NCBI GenBank assembly: GCA_016935095.1
Contig: JAFGRO010000029.1
Coordinates: 7,313-71,312 of the forward strand
Source: Candidatus Woesearchaeota archaeon
Lineage (GTDB): Archaea > Nanobdellota > Nanobdellia > Woesearchaeales > GW2011-AR15
DNA: 64,000 bases
Reading direction: 5' to 3'
The notes under the pieces were generated by a model. That model saw nothing but the letters and a program-made list of their open reading frames with translations. It was not told the origin of the DNA and did no database searches. A program made the position numbers and the translations under genes. The number at the start of each line of letters is the position of its first letter. Position 1 is the first letter of the stretch. Below are positions 56,300 through 64,000 of the stretch, piece after piece.

Positions 56300-56660
56300 T
56301 AATAAAAACAAGATTATTAAATTTTGTGGAAAGTGAGAGGCATGCCAAGAAATCGATCCAAACACTAAATTCTGGTTAATCTTGAATTCTCCTCGATCCT
56401 GCTACCCTCTTAGCACCAGTTTTGAAGATTAACGTTGCTTCATTCCTGATCTCTCACGTGCGCCGGCACAGGATACAATCGAATCTCCGGTTCTGACGCA
56501 TGGCGTGGTTCTCAAAAAAACCAGTCCAAAAGGACAAAATCTCATTGTTGAACCCAAGGCCAAAACTTAGCTTTAAGACCTCTTTCCAGGCTTCGACCCC
56601 ATCATACGTCCATTTATGGTTACAGGGCAGGACGGGCACCCCAGTCTAGCCTCTCAAAAG
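56300..56660. ncRNA. GC-rich ORF-poor structured segment, candidate ncRNA (RNase P RNA or SRP RNA-sized); identity and strand unresolved
   Basis: ~360 nt with GC content clearly above the AT-rich background, only one short spurious ORF, multiple hairpins (GUCCAAAAGGAC; GUGAGAGGC...GCCUCUC end complementarity). Confidence 0.3.
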
Positions 56661-56887
56661 TGCGTAAAGAACAGCTATTTAAAAAATTTTTTGAGAAAAT
56701 ACAATATAAATTTATCTGAAACTAAGAACAAATCAGTCTTTTTTCCTTTTATTTTTGTTTCATAATTAATGGAATTGAATTTTTTTATTAATATTATTTT
56801 ACTTTTAATTTATCATAAATGATTTTTTTTAATTTTAGTTATTGAGGGAGAGCGCTTCCTGCCCTTATTAAAACAAAGAAATAAAAG

Positions 56888-57098
56888 AAGGGCAGTAGCC
56901 GGAACTTTCATAATGATTTCGCCTTTGCCGTATGAGAGGGATTTCGAACAAAGTGAGAACCTCCCTCACTAATTTCGGTGTAAATGGACGAAACCATTTT
57001 TTGAATCCGGTCTAGAGGATAACTGCTTGGCAATCCACATTGAGGCAATATGTGTCCTCTGTGCTGCCAGGTTACACCACTACTGCCATATTTGCTGT
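56888..57098. ncRNA. Second GC-rich structured segment, candidate small ncRNA (termini base-pair; UGUAAC motif reminiscent of SRP Alu domain on minus strand)
   Basis: 5' GGGCAGUAG... 3' ...CUACUGCC 8-bp terminal helix; internal hairpins GAGGGA/UCCCUC, CACAU/AUGUG; only one spurious ORF. Confidence 0.3.
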
Positions 57099-57157
57099 GA
57101 AAAATATTAAATTTTAAAAACTTATCCAAATTCCATCATTACTAAAAATAATAACTA

Positions 57158-58237
57158 ATGATAAGAATGGCATATCCGGAAATACTCAACAGGTTATATT
57201 TTGGTAACACTATATTGCAATATTTGATCTTTTTCAGCAGCATAGCCCTGACTATAATCATGGGAAAGATTGTTTATTATATCTCAAAAGGTATAATAAG
57301 AAAAATTACTTCTAAAACAAAAACAAAATTTGATGATATTCTAATAGACATCATCGAAGAGCCGCTCATCTTTTTGATTATTACAATCGGATTTTTTTTA
57401 GGGTATACCCAATTGAATTTAGCAGATAATATTGCAAATATTTTTACTGGATTAACCAGGATGTTCACAACCCTGGCATTTGCCTGGTTTTTCCTAAGAT
57501 TCATTGATTCTTTAATAGTCCATTACTTAATTCCAGCTACTAAAAAAACTGAATCTGACCTGGATGATCATTTGATCCCGATTATCAGAAAGCTGAGCAA
57601 AATAATTATTATTTCAATCACATTCATAATGATTCTAAGTAATTTCGGTTATGATGTTACGTCTATTGTTGCCGGGCTCGGCATAGGCGGTTTGGCAGTT
57701 GCTTTTGCAGCTAAAGATATGCTGGCGAATTTATTTGGAGGATTTACAATAGTAATTGACAAGCCGTTTAAGATGGGACAATGGATTGAAGTAGGCGGCT
57801 ATACCGGAGAAGTTGTTGAAATCGGCTTAAGAAGCACAAGATTAAAGACCAGCAACGGCGAATATATAACTATTCCGAACAGCTTTGTAGCTGAAAAAGG
57901 GACTGTCAATTATAAAAAATACAGGCAAAGGCTGGTTACTTTTACATTAGGCTTAGCATGTGATACTTCCAATGCAAAAATGAAAAAGTCAAAAGAAATT
58001 GTAAAAAAAGTAATATCTAAACAGGCTCTGCTTAAAGAAGATTCAGTTGAGGTTAATTTTGTTAATTTCGGAGATTTTACATATGACCTGGAAGTGAGGT
58101 ATATAATAAACACTAATTCTGCTGGTGAAGTAAGAAAAGTCAAAGATGCTGTCAACACAGAAATCAAGGAATTACTGGAAAAAAACAAAATCGAGCTGTC
58201 TTACCCCACACAGACACTTTATCTGAAGAAGCTGTAA
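57158..58237 (+). CDS. MscS-family mechanosensitive channel
   Basis: GLGIGGLAVAFAAKDMLANLFGGFTIVIDKPFKMGQWIEVGGYTGEVVEIGLRSTRLKTSNGEYITIPN: MscS pore-helix/beta-domain signature. Confidence 0.8.
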   Translation: MIRMAYPEILNRLYFGNTILQYLIFFSSIALTIIMGKIVYYISKGIIRKITSKTKTKFDDILIDIIEEPLIFLIITIGFFLGYTQLNLADNIANIFTGLTRMFTTLAFAWFFLRFIDSLIVHYLIPATKKTESDLDDHLIPIIRKLSKIIIISITFIMILSNFGYDVTSIVAGLGIGGLAVAFAAKDMLANLFGGFTIVIDKPFKMGQWIEVGGYTGEVVEIGLRSTRLKTSNGEYITIPNSFVAEKGTVNYKKYRQRLVTFTLGLACDTSNAKMKKSKEIVKKVISKQALLKEDSVEVNFVNFGDFTYDLEVRYIINTNSAGEVRKVKDAVNTEIKELLEKNKIELSYPTQTLYLKKL

Positions 58238-58276
58238 AGAAAAATTTATATACAACTATCCAGTGTATATCTTGAT

Positions 58277-58921
58277 ATGAAAAAAAGAATTCTGATAGGG
58301 ATTTTTATCTTATTAATCCCTGTTTTGATTAGTTGTTATGTATATTTCGGGATAATTTCACCCCAATTTATCAAAAAACCTTACATTGAAAAACCGGATA
58401 TAATTGGTCTTGATGAAAACTCAGATAATCTTGTAATCGAGGATTCCATGGTTAATTATATAGCAAACGAGATTGGCTCCTATAATCTCCATGAGGATCC
58501 TACTTCAGGAGAAATTCCTGAAATGGAGTTTATTGTAAATGATTTTGAGGAAGTATTCACTGTGAGGATTATTGATAATATACCCAGAACTGAAAAGGGA
58601 AGTGCGGCTAACCCAGACCTAAGGATTATAGCATCCCAGCCCGTTATTTTAGATATTCTGGACTCAGAAGACATACAAGGGAGGATTGTAAAACATATAG
58701 AGGAAGGAGATGTTGAAATCGAAGTTCTTGCTAATGAAGCAACACTTGGAATGAAAGGGTATAAAGCTGTTTATGACAGCATTAACAAAAATACAGATTT
58801 AATTACAGGGAAAGTAACAATGGAACTAAATCCTATGGGCTTTGTCAGCTTAATAAAATTATGTTTTCTAATCTGTCTGTTTTTGATTATAGAACTGGCT
58901 TTTCTTTATGAAACCCATTAA
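58277..58921 (+). CDS. Hypothetical protein with N- and C-terminal TM segments
   Basis: ORF; hydrophobic ends. Confidence 0.3.
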   Translation: MKKRILIGIFILLIPVLISCYVYFGIISPQFIKKPYIEKPDIIGLDENSDNLVIEDSMVNYIANEIGSYNLHEDPTSGEIPEMEFIVNDFEEVFTVRIIDNIPRTEKGSAANPDLRIIASQPVILDILDSEDIQGRIVKHIEEGDVEIEVLANEATLGMKGYKAVYDSINKNTDLITGKVTMELNPMGFVSLIKLCFLICLFLIIELAFLYETH

Positions 58922-58923
58922 AA

Positions 58924-59466
58924 TCATTTAATCAGGTTGTATTTTGACAGGACTTCTTTGTAAGTTTCAAAATCTTCTGATTTTTTAAATTCCTTAATCT
59001 TTTCTTTAGTCAGCTGATTTATCCATTTATGCTGAATTTTAATTACTTTTTTAATATCTTCATCCAAGACGGGCTGTTCTTTATATTCCTCTGCTGGAAA
59101 TTCCTCATATTCATCGTGTGTAAATCTGAAGAAATCCAGTATTTTAGAGATAATATCTTTTTCTTTTTTTGGTTTTATTTCTTCTTCCTCTTTAGATTCC
59201 TCTGTTTGTTCCTGAAATGAATCTAATTCCTCTCCATTTTCAGTTTCTCTTATTATCTCTGCCTGTTTTTTTGGCATAAAAATGTTAAAGATTCGTCTAT
59301 AAAAAGGTTCCCTCTCCTTACAGAACTCCTGGCTCTCTTTTTCAAAATCAGAATCTGAAGCTATAATCTCAGACTCAGCTTTCTTCTTGAGTGCGCCTTT
59401 TCTTACTTTTGTACTTAAATAACGATCCAGTTCCTTGTTAAATTCTTGCTGGGTTATTTTTATCAC
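58924..59466 (-). CDS. Highly charged (E/K-rich) hypothetical protein
   Basis: ORF only. Confidence 0.3.
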   Translation of the reverse strand: MIKITQQEFNKELDRYLSTKVRKGALKKKAESEIIASDSDFEKESQEFCKEREPFYRRIFNIFMPKKQAEIIRETENGEELDSFQEQTEESKEEEEIKPKKEKDIISKILDFFRFTHDEYEEFPAEEYKEQPVLDEDIKKVIKIQHKWINQLTKEKIKEFKKSEDFETYKEVLSKYNLIK

Positions 59467-59647
59467 CCTTAATTATTAGTTAGTATAAATTAAATATTTC
59501 AATGCTATTTATATGTTTCTGAATTGCCGGGCAATTCAGAAGCCCAAAAATGGTTAAAAATGCATTTTTTATGTTTTGGAAAAACAAAGTTTTTTTTAAT
59601 TTGTTATCCAGTTAAATTTATATATGTAATACCGATATTTAATACTT

Positions 59648-60061
59648 ATGTTAAAAAAGAGGTCCCAGGTTAGTGTTGAGTTCTTAACCATATTTGGATT
59701 TGTATTTCTGATGCTAATTCCTTTGGTAATAGTCTTTCACCTTCAGTCAAATGAAACAAAAGATAGCCTGGCTTCCAACCAAATCAGAAACATGGGTATG
59801 AAAATTATTGATAAAACAGAATATGTTTATTATCTGGGAGAGCCGTCAAAAACAACATTGAAATTTATGTTTCCGGAGAGAATAGAAAACATAAGCATAT
59901 GTAACAGGGAGCTGATTTTTAATTATAAAACATATAATGAAAACATACAGCCTGTAATTTTTATATCGCTTGTAAACATAACAGGCAATTTGTCTTCTGG
60001 CTCAGGAATACACAAGATAATTATTGAAGCTAGGGGTGATTATGTATCAATCACAGAATAA
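59648..60061 (+). CDS. Archaeal type IV pilin-like protein (class III signal peptide, QxSxExxxL motif)
   Basis: MLKKRSQVSVEFLTIFGFVFLMLIPLVIV: basic N-terminus, Q-V-S-V-E-F-L, long hydrophobic helix. Confidence 0.5.
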   Translation: MLKKRSQVSVEFLTIFGFVFLMLIPLVIVFHLQSNETKDSLASNQIRNMGMKIIDKTEYVYYLGEPSKTTLKFMFPERIENISICNRELIFNYKTYNENIQPVIFISLVNITGNLSSGSGIHKIIIEARGDYVSITE

Positions 60062-60075
60062 AATCCCAGGTAAGT

Positions 60076-60438
60076 ATGGAGTTTATTTTCATGACCGGCA
60101 TGGCAATTGTCGTTACCTTTGTTCTTTTGCTTGTGGTAGGGGAAATGATCAACAGAAATGCTGATGAAAAAAAAACAATAATACTCAATGACTACGGGTA
60201 TTATATCCAGAACGAGTTTATTCTGGCTGCAGAAACAGAACCCGGCTATAAGAGGATAATAGATATTCCAAATGAACTTGAAAATATTGAATACTCAATC
60301 TGGAACACAGACAAGATATTATTTGTCAACAGTTCAAAAATTGAATTCTGGTGGCATATACCTGAAACACAGGGGAATGTCCAGAAAGGCATCAACATAA
60401 TCCAAAATATAAACGGAAGTGTTTGTATAAATTGTTAA
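60076..60438 (+). CDS. Small pilin-like/membrane-anchored protein
   Basis: MEFIFMTGMAIVVTFVLLLVVGEM; in pilin cluster. Confidence 0.35.
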   Translation: MEFIFMTGMAIVVTFVLLLVVGEMINRNADEKKTIILNDYGYYIQNEFILAAETEPGYKRIIDIPNELENIEYSIWNTDKILFVNSSKIEFWWHIPETQGNVQKGINIIQNINGSVCINC

Positions 60439-60439
60439 A

Positions 60440-60982
60440 ATGTTTATTGGGAAAAAATCGCAAATCTGGTATACTGATTTCATATTAGGGCTGACTATTT
60501 TTCTGATAGCCCTGTTAATAGCTGTAAAATATATTTCAGATAATTATATTCTCCCAAGAGAAGATACTAGTGAGATGGTTATTGTTGCACAGTCTGTTTC
60601 AGAGTCTCTGATGACAAAAGGCGTGCCTGAATCATGGAATGAGGAAAATGTCATCAGGATTGGTATTACTGACGGAGATTATGTCATAAATAATACAAAA
60701 TTAACAGCTTTTTCAAATCTCACGCAGTCAGATTATGAATACACCAGAAGCCTGCTTGGCTCTCACAGATTCGAGTACTTGATTTTTTTCAAAGACAACT
60801 ACAATAATACAATGAATTTAACTTCAGAGTATATTGGCAAACCAAACATTACTGAATATAATATAGGATCATTGGACACAGAGGAGATTATCTCTATAAA
60901 AAGGTTCATTGTCTTAAAACAGGGAGAAGAAGAAAACAGAACTGCCCAGATCCTGGAAATGAATCTGTATTTATGGCAATAA
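60440..60982 (+). CDS. Pilin-like protein with class III-type signal peptide
   Basis: MFIGKKSQIWYTDFILGLTIFLIALLIAV; starts 2 nt after the previous gene. Confidence 0.45.
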   Translation: MFIGKKSQIWYTDFILGLTIFLIALLIAVKYISDNYILPREDTSEMVIVAQSVSESLMTKGVPESWNEENVIRIGITDGDYVINNTKLTAFSNLTQSDYEYTRSLLGSHRFEYLIFFKDNYNNTMNLTSEYIGKPNITEYNIGSLDTEEIISIKRFIVLKQGEEENRTAQILEMNLYLWQ

Positions 60983-60984
60983 AC

Positions 60985-63900
60985 ATGATTACCGGAAAAA
61001 ATAAGAAAGGGATTTTTTTTACAATAGACGGCATTTTTGCAACATTGTTAATACTCTTCGGGCTAATTCTGGTATTTTCAAATTTCATTGAACAGGACGA
61101 ATCAACCGCCCAGATAAATTATCTTTCAAAGGATCTTGTAAACAGCTTGGCCAATATCAAAATTACTGAAGTGGACGACTCTTTTGTTAAAAAATTAATC
61201 TCCGACGGAAACATAACTAACCTAAATAATTCTGTTATTGTACAGATAGGGGAGTTCTATGTTTTAAATAAGACAGAGCTTGCACTGAATTTATCTAAAA
61301 TCCTCACTGAAAAGCTTATACCGGATAAATTCGGTTTTCAGATTCTAGTCAATGATGAAACAATTTTAGTTAATGACTCAAAATCAGGAAGAATGGATGA
61401 TTTAATCTCTTACAGGAGAATGGTCTCCGGCTTTGAAAAATTTAAGCCGTTAAGAGGAGCAACTTCAAGAGTCTTTTTAGAAGGCATAAATGAAAAGACG
61501 TATTATTCATACTTATATTTCGGCGGTTTTGTAGGCCAGGGCAATATTACTGGATATATTGATGACATTCCATCAAATGTAGATATAATTAACATGTACT
61601 TTGAATCTGATTCCGGTGGAAATTTTGAATTGTATATTAACGAGATAAAATGTAATGGCACATATTATCCGGGGACAGGGGAGATGACAGCAGATTCATG
61701 GGATATTACTCTGTGTAATTCTTCGGTTGTCCCCGGTGAGCGAAATAATTTTACGGTCATGTTTAAAGGGGATATCGGCAATTCATACATAGGAGGTGGA
61801 TTTATCAGAATAACTTACATGACCAGTCAAATGCAGCAGGAATCTTTTTTTGATTCATACAGATACCAGTTCCCTGAAATACGGGGCATTATCAATATAT
61901 ATTCCTCCTTTTATGTACCGGGAATCCTTGATTCAATGAATGTTTATCTGCATTTTTTTGCCAATACATCAGGTAATTCAACCAACACATTATATTTAAC
62001 TATAGGAAATGCAACTGTTGTTTCAATAGAAAATCTAACCGGAGAAAATAATGTCACTCTGACAGATATTAATTTAACACCCTATATTAGTTACTCTGAA
62101 TTAACTTCAAAAACAGTTCCCATAAGAATCGGATTTGAAAATGTAAGTTTCGGCTATATCTACGAGGGTAATGCGGATGTAGCCCTGATTACAGATGTTT
62201 CAGGAAGCATGGACTGGAGGATGAGCAGCAATGATGGAGGAACAGCAAGAAATTGTAATGACCCTGATTTAAATCTCTCTACAACAAGCAGGTTAAGTGT
62301 TGCTAAATGCCTGGATAAGGAATTTGCAGAGGATATAATAAATATAACTGGAAATGAAGTTGGCTTAATATCTTATGATACAAGCACTAATACTGGTGAA
62401 ACAGTATATCCTACAACAGACCTAAATTCATTATACCAGACAATTGGTAATGCAAGCCCTGAAACAGGTTACTCTGCAGACGGGTGGACTTGCATATGTT
62501 GCGGCATAAATTCTGCAAGAGACATACTAGTAAATGACATATCAGCAACAACATTAATATCTTCAGGTTCAAGCTGGCTTTACAATGATGATTATCTAGA
62601 TGGAGATATCCCCCAGGATCCCTCCGGCAATAACTGGTATGACATAACATATTCTAATGAATCAGACTGGTCAACAGGCAATGCAATTTTAGGCGCTACA
62701 AATAGTTATGTTTATTCACCATATGTAGATACAGAAATTACTTCTGATCTTTTAGGTGACACTAGTTATGTAAATTTATGGGAGAATAATGGAGATGTTT
62801 CCGGAGCTCCGAATGATTTTTCATCAGGTGTTTTAAATTCAACAGGAAATACATATGGCATATCAGGAGACAATGACGGCTGGGACTGGGATAATCAAGA
62901 TGGCTCAGGACCTTTTGGATATGATGATGATATTGAATATATGAATATTACAGTTTTAGGATCCGAAGAGATGATGACATTAAGATGTAATTATTACTGG
63001 GGCGGAAATATTTGCACAGACAATGACTGTTCAGGAGCATATGGAATTCTTGTTAATATTACCCAGGATATGTATGATCTGATTCTAGCAGGAGGCATTG
63101 CAACAGTTTCATTTTATTACGAATGGGCTGACGGACCTGGCAATAAATTTGAAATTGACGATCAGGTATGGACAAAAGTAAGATGGACATCCAGTATATC
63201 CGGAACTCATTTTTTAGGCAACCAGCTGGATGGCTCTCATGGGGAGGGAGATGCTGATTTTGAAATTGCCACAGCCGACAATCCAGATAATCAATATTTT
63301 GGATATTATGCCCAGGAAATCACTAACTGGATTGAATCGCCTGGATTATATTACCTTGAATTAGGGGGAAAGGTTCTTGCTGATAACAATGATGAAGTCG
63401 GAAGATGGTATTTTGATAATATACAGATTGAGATATCAAATGCAATGGATTATTATTATTTCAGGAAACATTTTACAATTGCTGACCTTAACAGTGTTAA
63501 AAAAGGAGTCTTAAATGTATTATCAGATGATAAGGCAATTATTTATTTGAATGGAGAAATAATAGATATTGATTATGAAGAGCATGAGGCAGAATATTGG
63601 AACAGTAGGGGCAAAAACATAGAAGGAAGTTATTTTAGATTAGGAGATAATGTCATTGCTGCTGAATTATTTAATTCTGAAGACGCAGCAAAATTTGATA
63701 TGGAACTAATCGGATTAAATGAATCCAGAGACAAAGCAATGATGGTAATGACTGACGGCCAGGCTAATCTTCAGTGTGCTGAACAGGGAACAGGAAGCTC
63801 TTCACAGGATGCAATCCAGGCTGCATGTGATGCCCGCGAAGATTACGGAATAATAGTCTATGCCGTTGGTTATAGTGATGAAGCGCAGGAATCTACACTT

Positions 63901-64000
63901 CAGGGGATTGCTGATTGCGGGGACGGCATCTACAGAAAAAGTGATAATTTATCTGAATTGCAGGATTTTTACGAAGATGTGGCTTCCCAGATTATATCTG
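60985..64000 (+). CDS. Giant pilin-like protein with von Willebrand factor A (vWA) domain, 3' partial (runs off window)
   Basis: Open frame from ATG 60985 to window end (>1000 codons; absent from ORF track because it has no stop); N-terminal KKGIFFTIDGIFATLLILFGLILVF; MIDAS DVALITDVSGSMDW (codon ~404); MVMTDGQAN (codon ~923); IVYAVGYSDEAQESTLQGIADCGDGIY. Confidence 0.6.
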   Translation, partial: MITGKNKKGIFFTIDGIFATLLILFGLILVFSNFIEQDESTAQINYLSKDLVNSLANIKITEVDDSFVKKLISDGNITNLNNSVIVQIGEFYVLNKTELALNLSKILTEKLIPDKFGFQILVNDETILVNDSKSGRMDDLISYRRMVSGFEKFKPLRGATSRVFLEGINEKTYYSYLYFGGFVGQGNITGYIDDIPSNVDIINMYFESDSGGNFELYINEIKCNGTYYPGTGEMTADSWDITLCNSSVVPGERNNFTVMFKGDIGNSYIGGGFIRITYMTSQMQQESFFDSYRYQFPEIRGIINIYSSFYVPGILDSMNVYLHFFANTSGNSTNTLYLTIGNATVVSIENLTGENNVTLTDINLTPYISYSELTSKTVPIRIGFENVSFGYIYEGNADVALITDVSGSMDWRMSSNDGGTARNCNDPDLNLSTTSRLSVAKCLDKEFAEDIINITGNEVGLISYDTSTNTGETVYPTTDLNSLYQTIGNASPETGYSADGWTCICCGINSARDILVNDISATTLISSGSSWLYNDDYLDGDIPQDPSGNNWYDITYSNESDWSTGNAILGATNSYVYSPYVDTEITSDLLGDTSYVNLWENNGDVSGAPNDFSSGVLNSTGNTYGISGDNDGWDWDNQDGSGPFGYDDDIEYMNITVLGSEEMMTLRCNYYWGGNICTDNDCSGAYGILVNITQDMYDLILAGGIATVSFYYEWADGPGNKFEIDDQVWTKVRWTSSISGTHFLGNQLDGSHGEGDADFEIATADNPDNQYFGYYAQEITNWIESPGLYYLELGGKVLADNNDEVGRWYFDNIQIEISNAMDYYYFRKHFTIADLNSVKKGVLNVLSDDKAIIYLNGEIIDIDYEEHEAEYWNSRGKNIEGSYFRLGDNVIAAELFNSEDAAKFDMELIGLNESRDKAMMVMTDGQANLQCAEQGTGSSSQDAIQAACDAREDYGIIVYAVGYSDEAQESTLQGIADCGDGIYRKSDNLSELQDFYEDVASQIIS

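Noticed and set aside
56540-56600. Considered 5S rRNA (GAACCCAAGG...UUAGC)
   Set aside because: Similarity to 5S loop C/helix III is patchy and there is no continuous match to the 5S consensus
56454-56639. 61-aa minus-strand ORF
   Set aside because: Falls in the GC-rich structured island; more likely part of an ncRNA than a protein
56908-57129. 73-aa minus-strand ORF
   Set aside because: Covers the second GC-rich island with paired termini; likely ncRNA
62411-62650. 79-aa minus-strand ORF
   Set aside because: Antisense inside the long open vWA/pilin-like frame that runs 60985 to window end

Overview
AT-rich archaeal chromosome segment (small proteins, archaeal-type promoters/RBS, TFS, NMD3, type IV pilin-like signal peptides; DPANN-like flavour) with much accessory content. 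5.0-17.5 kb: a complete type I-B-like CRISPR-Cas locus on the minus strand (cas6, three-gene GC-rich insertion, cas8, cas7, cas5, cas3, wHTH+nucleotidyltransferase pair, cas4, cas1, cas2, leader), ending in an 11-repeat/10-spacer array of 30-bp repeats at 5597-6286. 17.8-24.5 kb: an HNH nuclease, a pilin-like protein, a FlaI/VirB11-type secretion ATPase, coiled-coil proteins and three tandem paralogous membrane proteins. 24.5-43 kb: housekeeping genes (dut, tmk, dCMP deaminase, TFS, signal peptidase, gamma-CA, EamA, NMD3-like, Prs-like) plus a Hel308-type helicase that lacks its N-terminal ATPase half. 43.4-46.2 kb: an IS200-like tnpA, four intron-bearing tRNA genes (Ile, Asn, Gly, one unresolved) and a degenerate duplicate of a tRNA 3' end. 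46-56 kb: CBS protein, MNT/HEPN-like pair, KaiC-like ATPase, PAS-histidine kinase/response regulator, rpe, MBL hydrolase. Two GC-rich ORF-free islands (56.3-56.66 kb and 56.89-57.10 kb) look like structured ncRNAs of unresolved identity. 57-64 kb: MscS channel and a cluster of class-III-signal-peptide (pilin-like) proteins, the last a >1000-aa vWA-domain protein running off the window.
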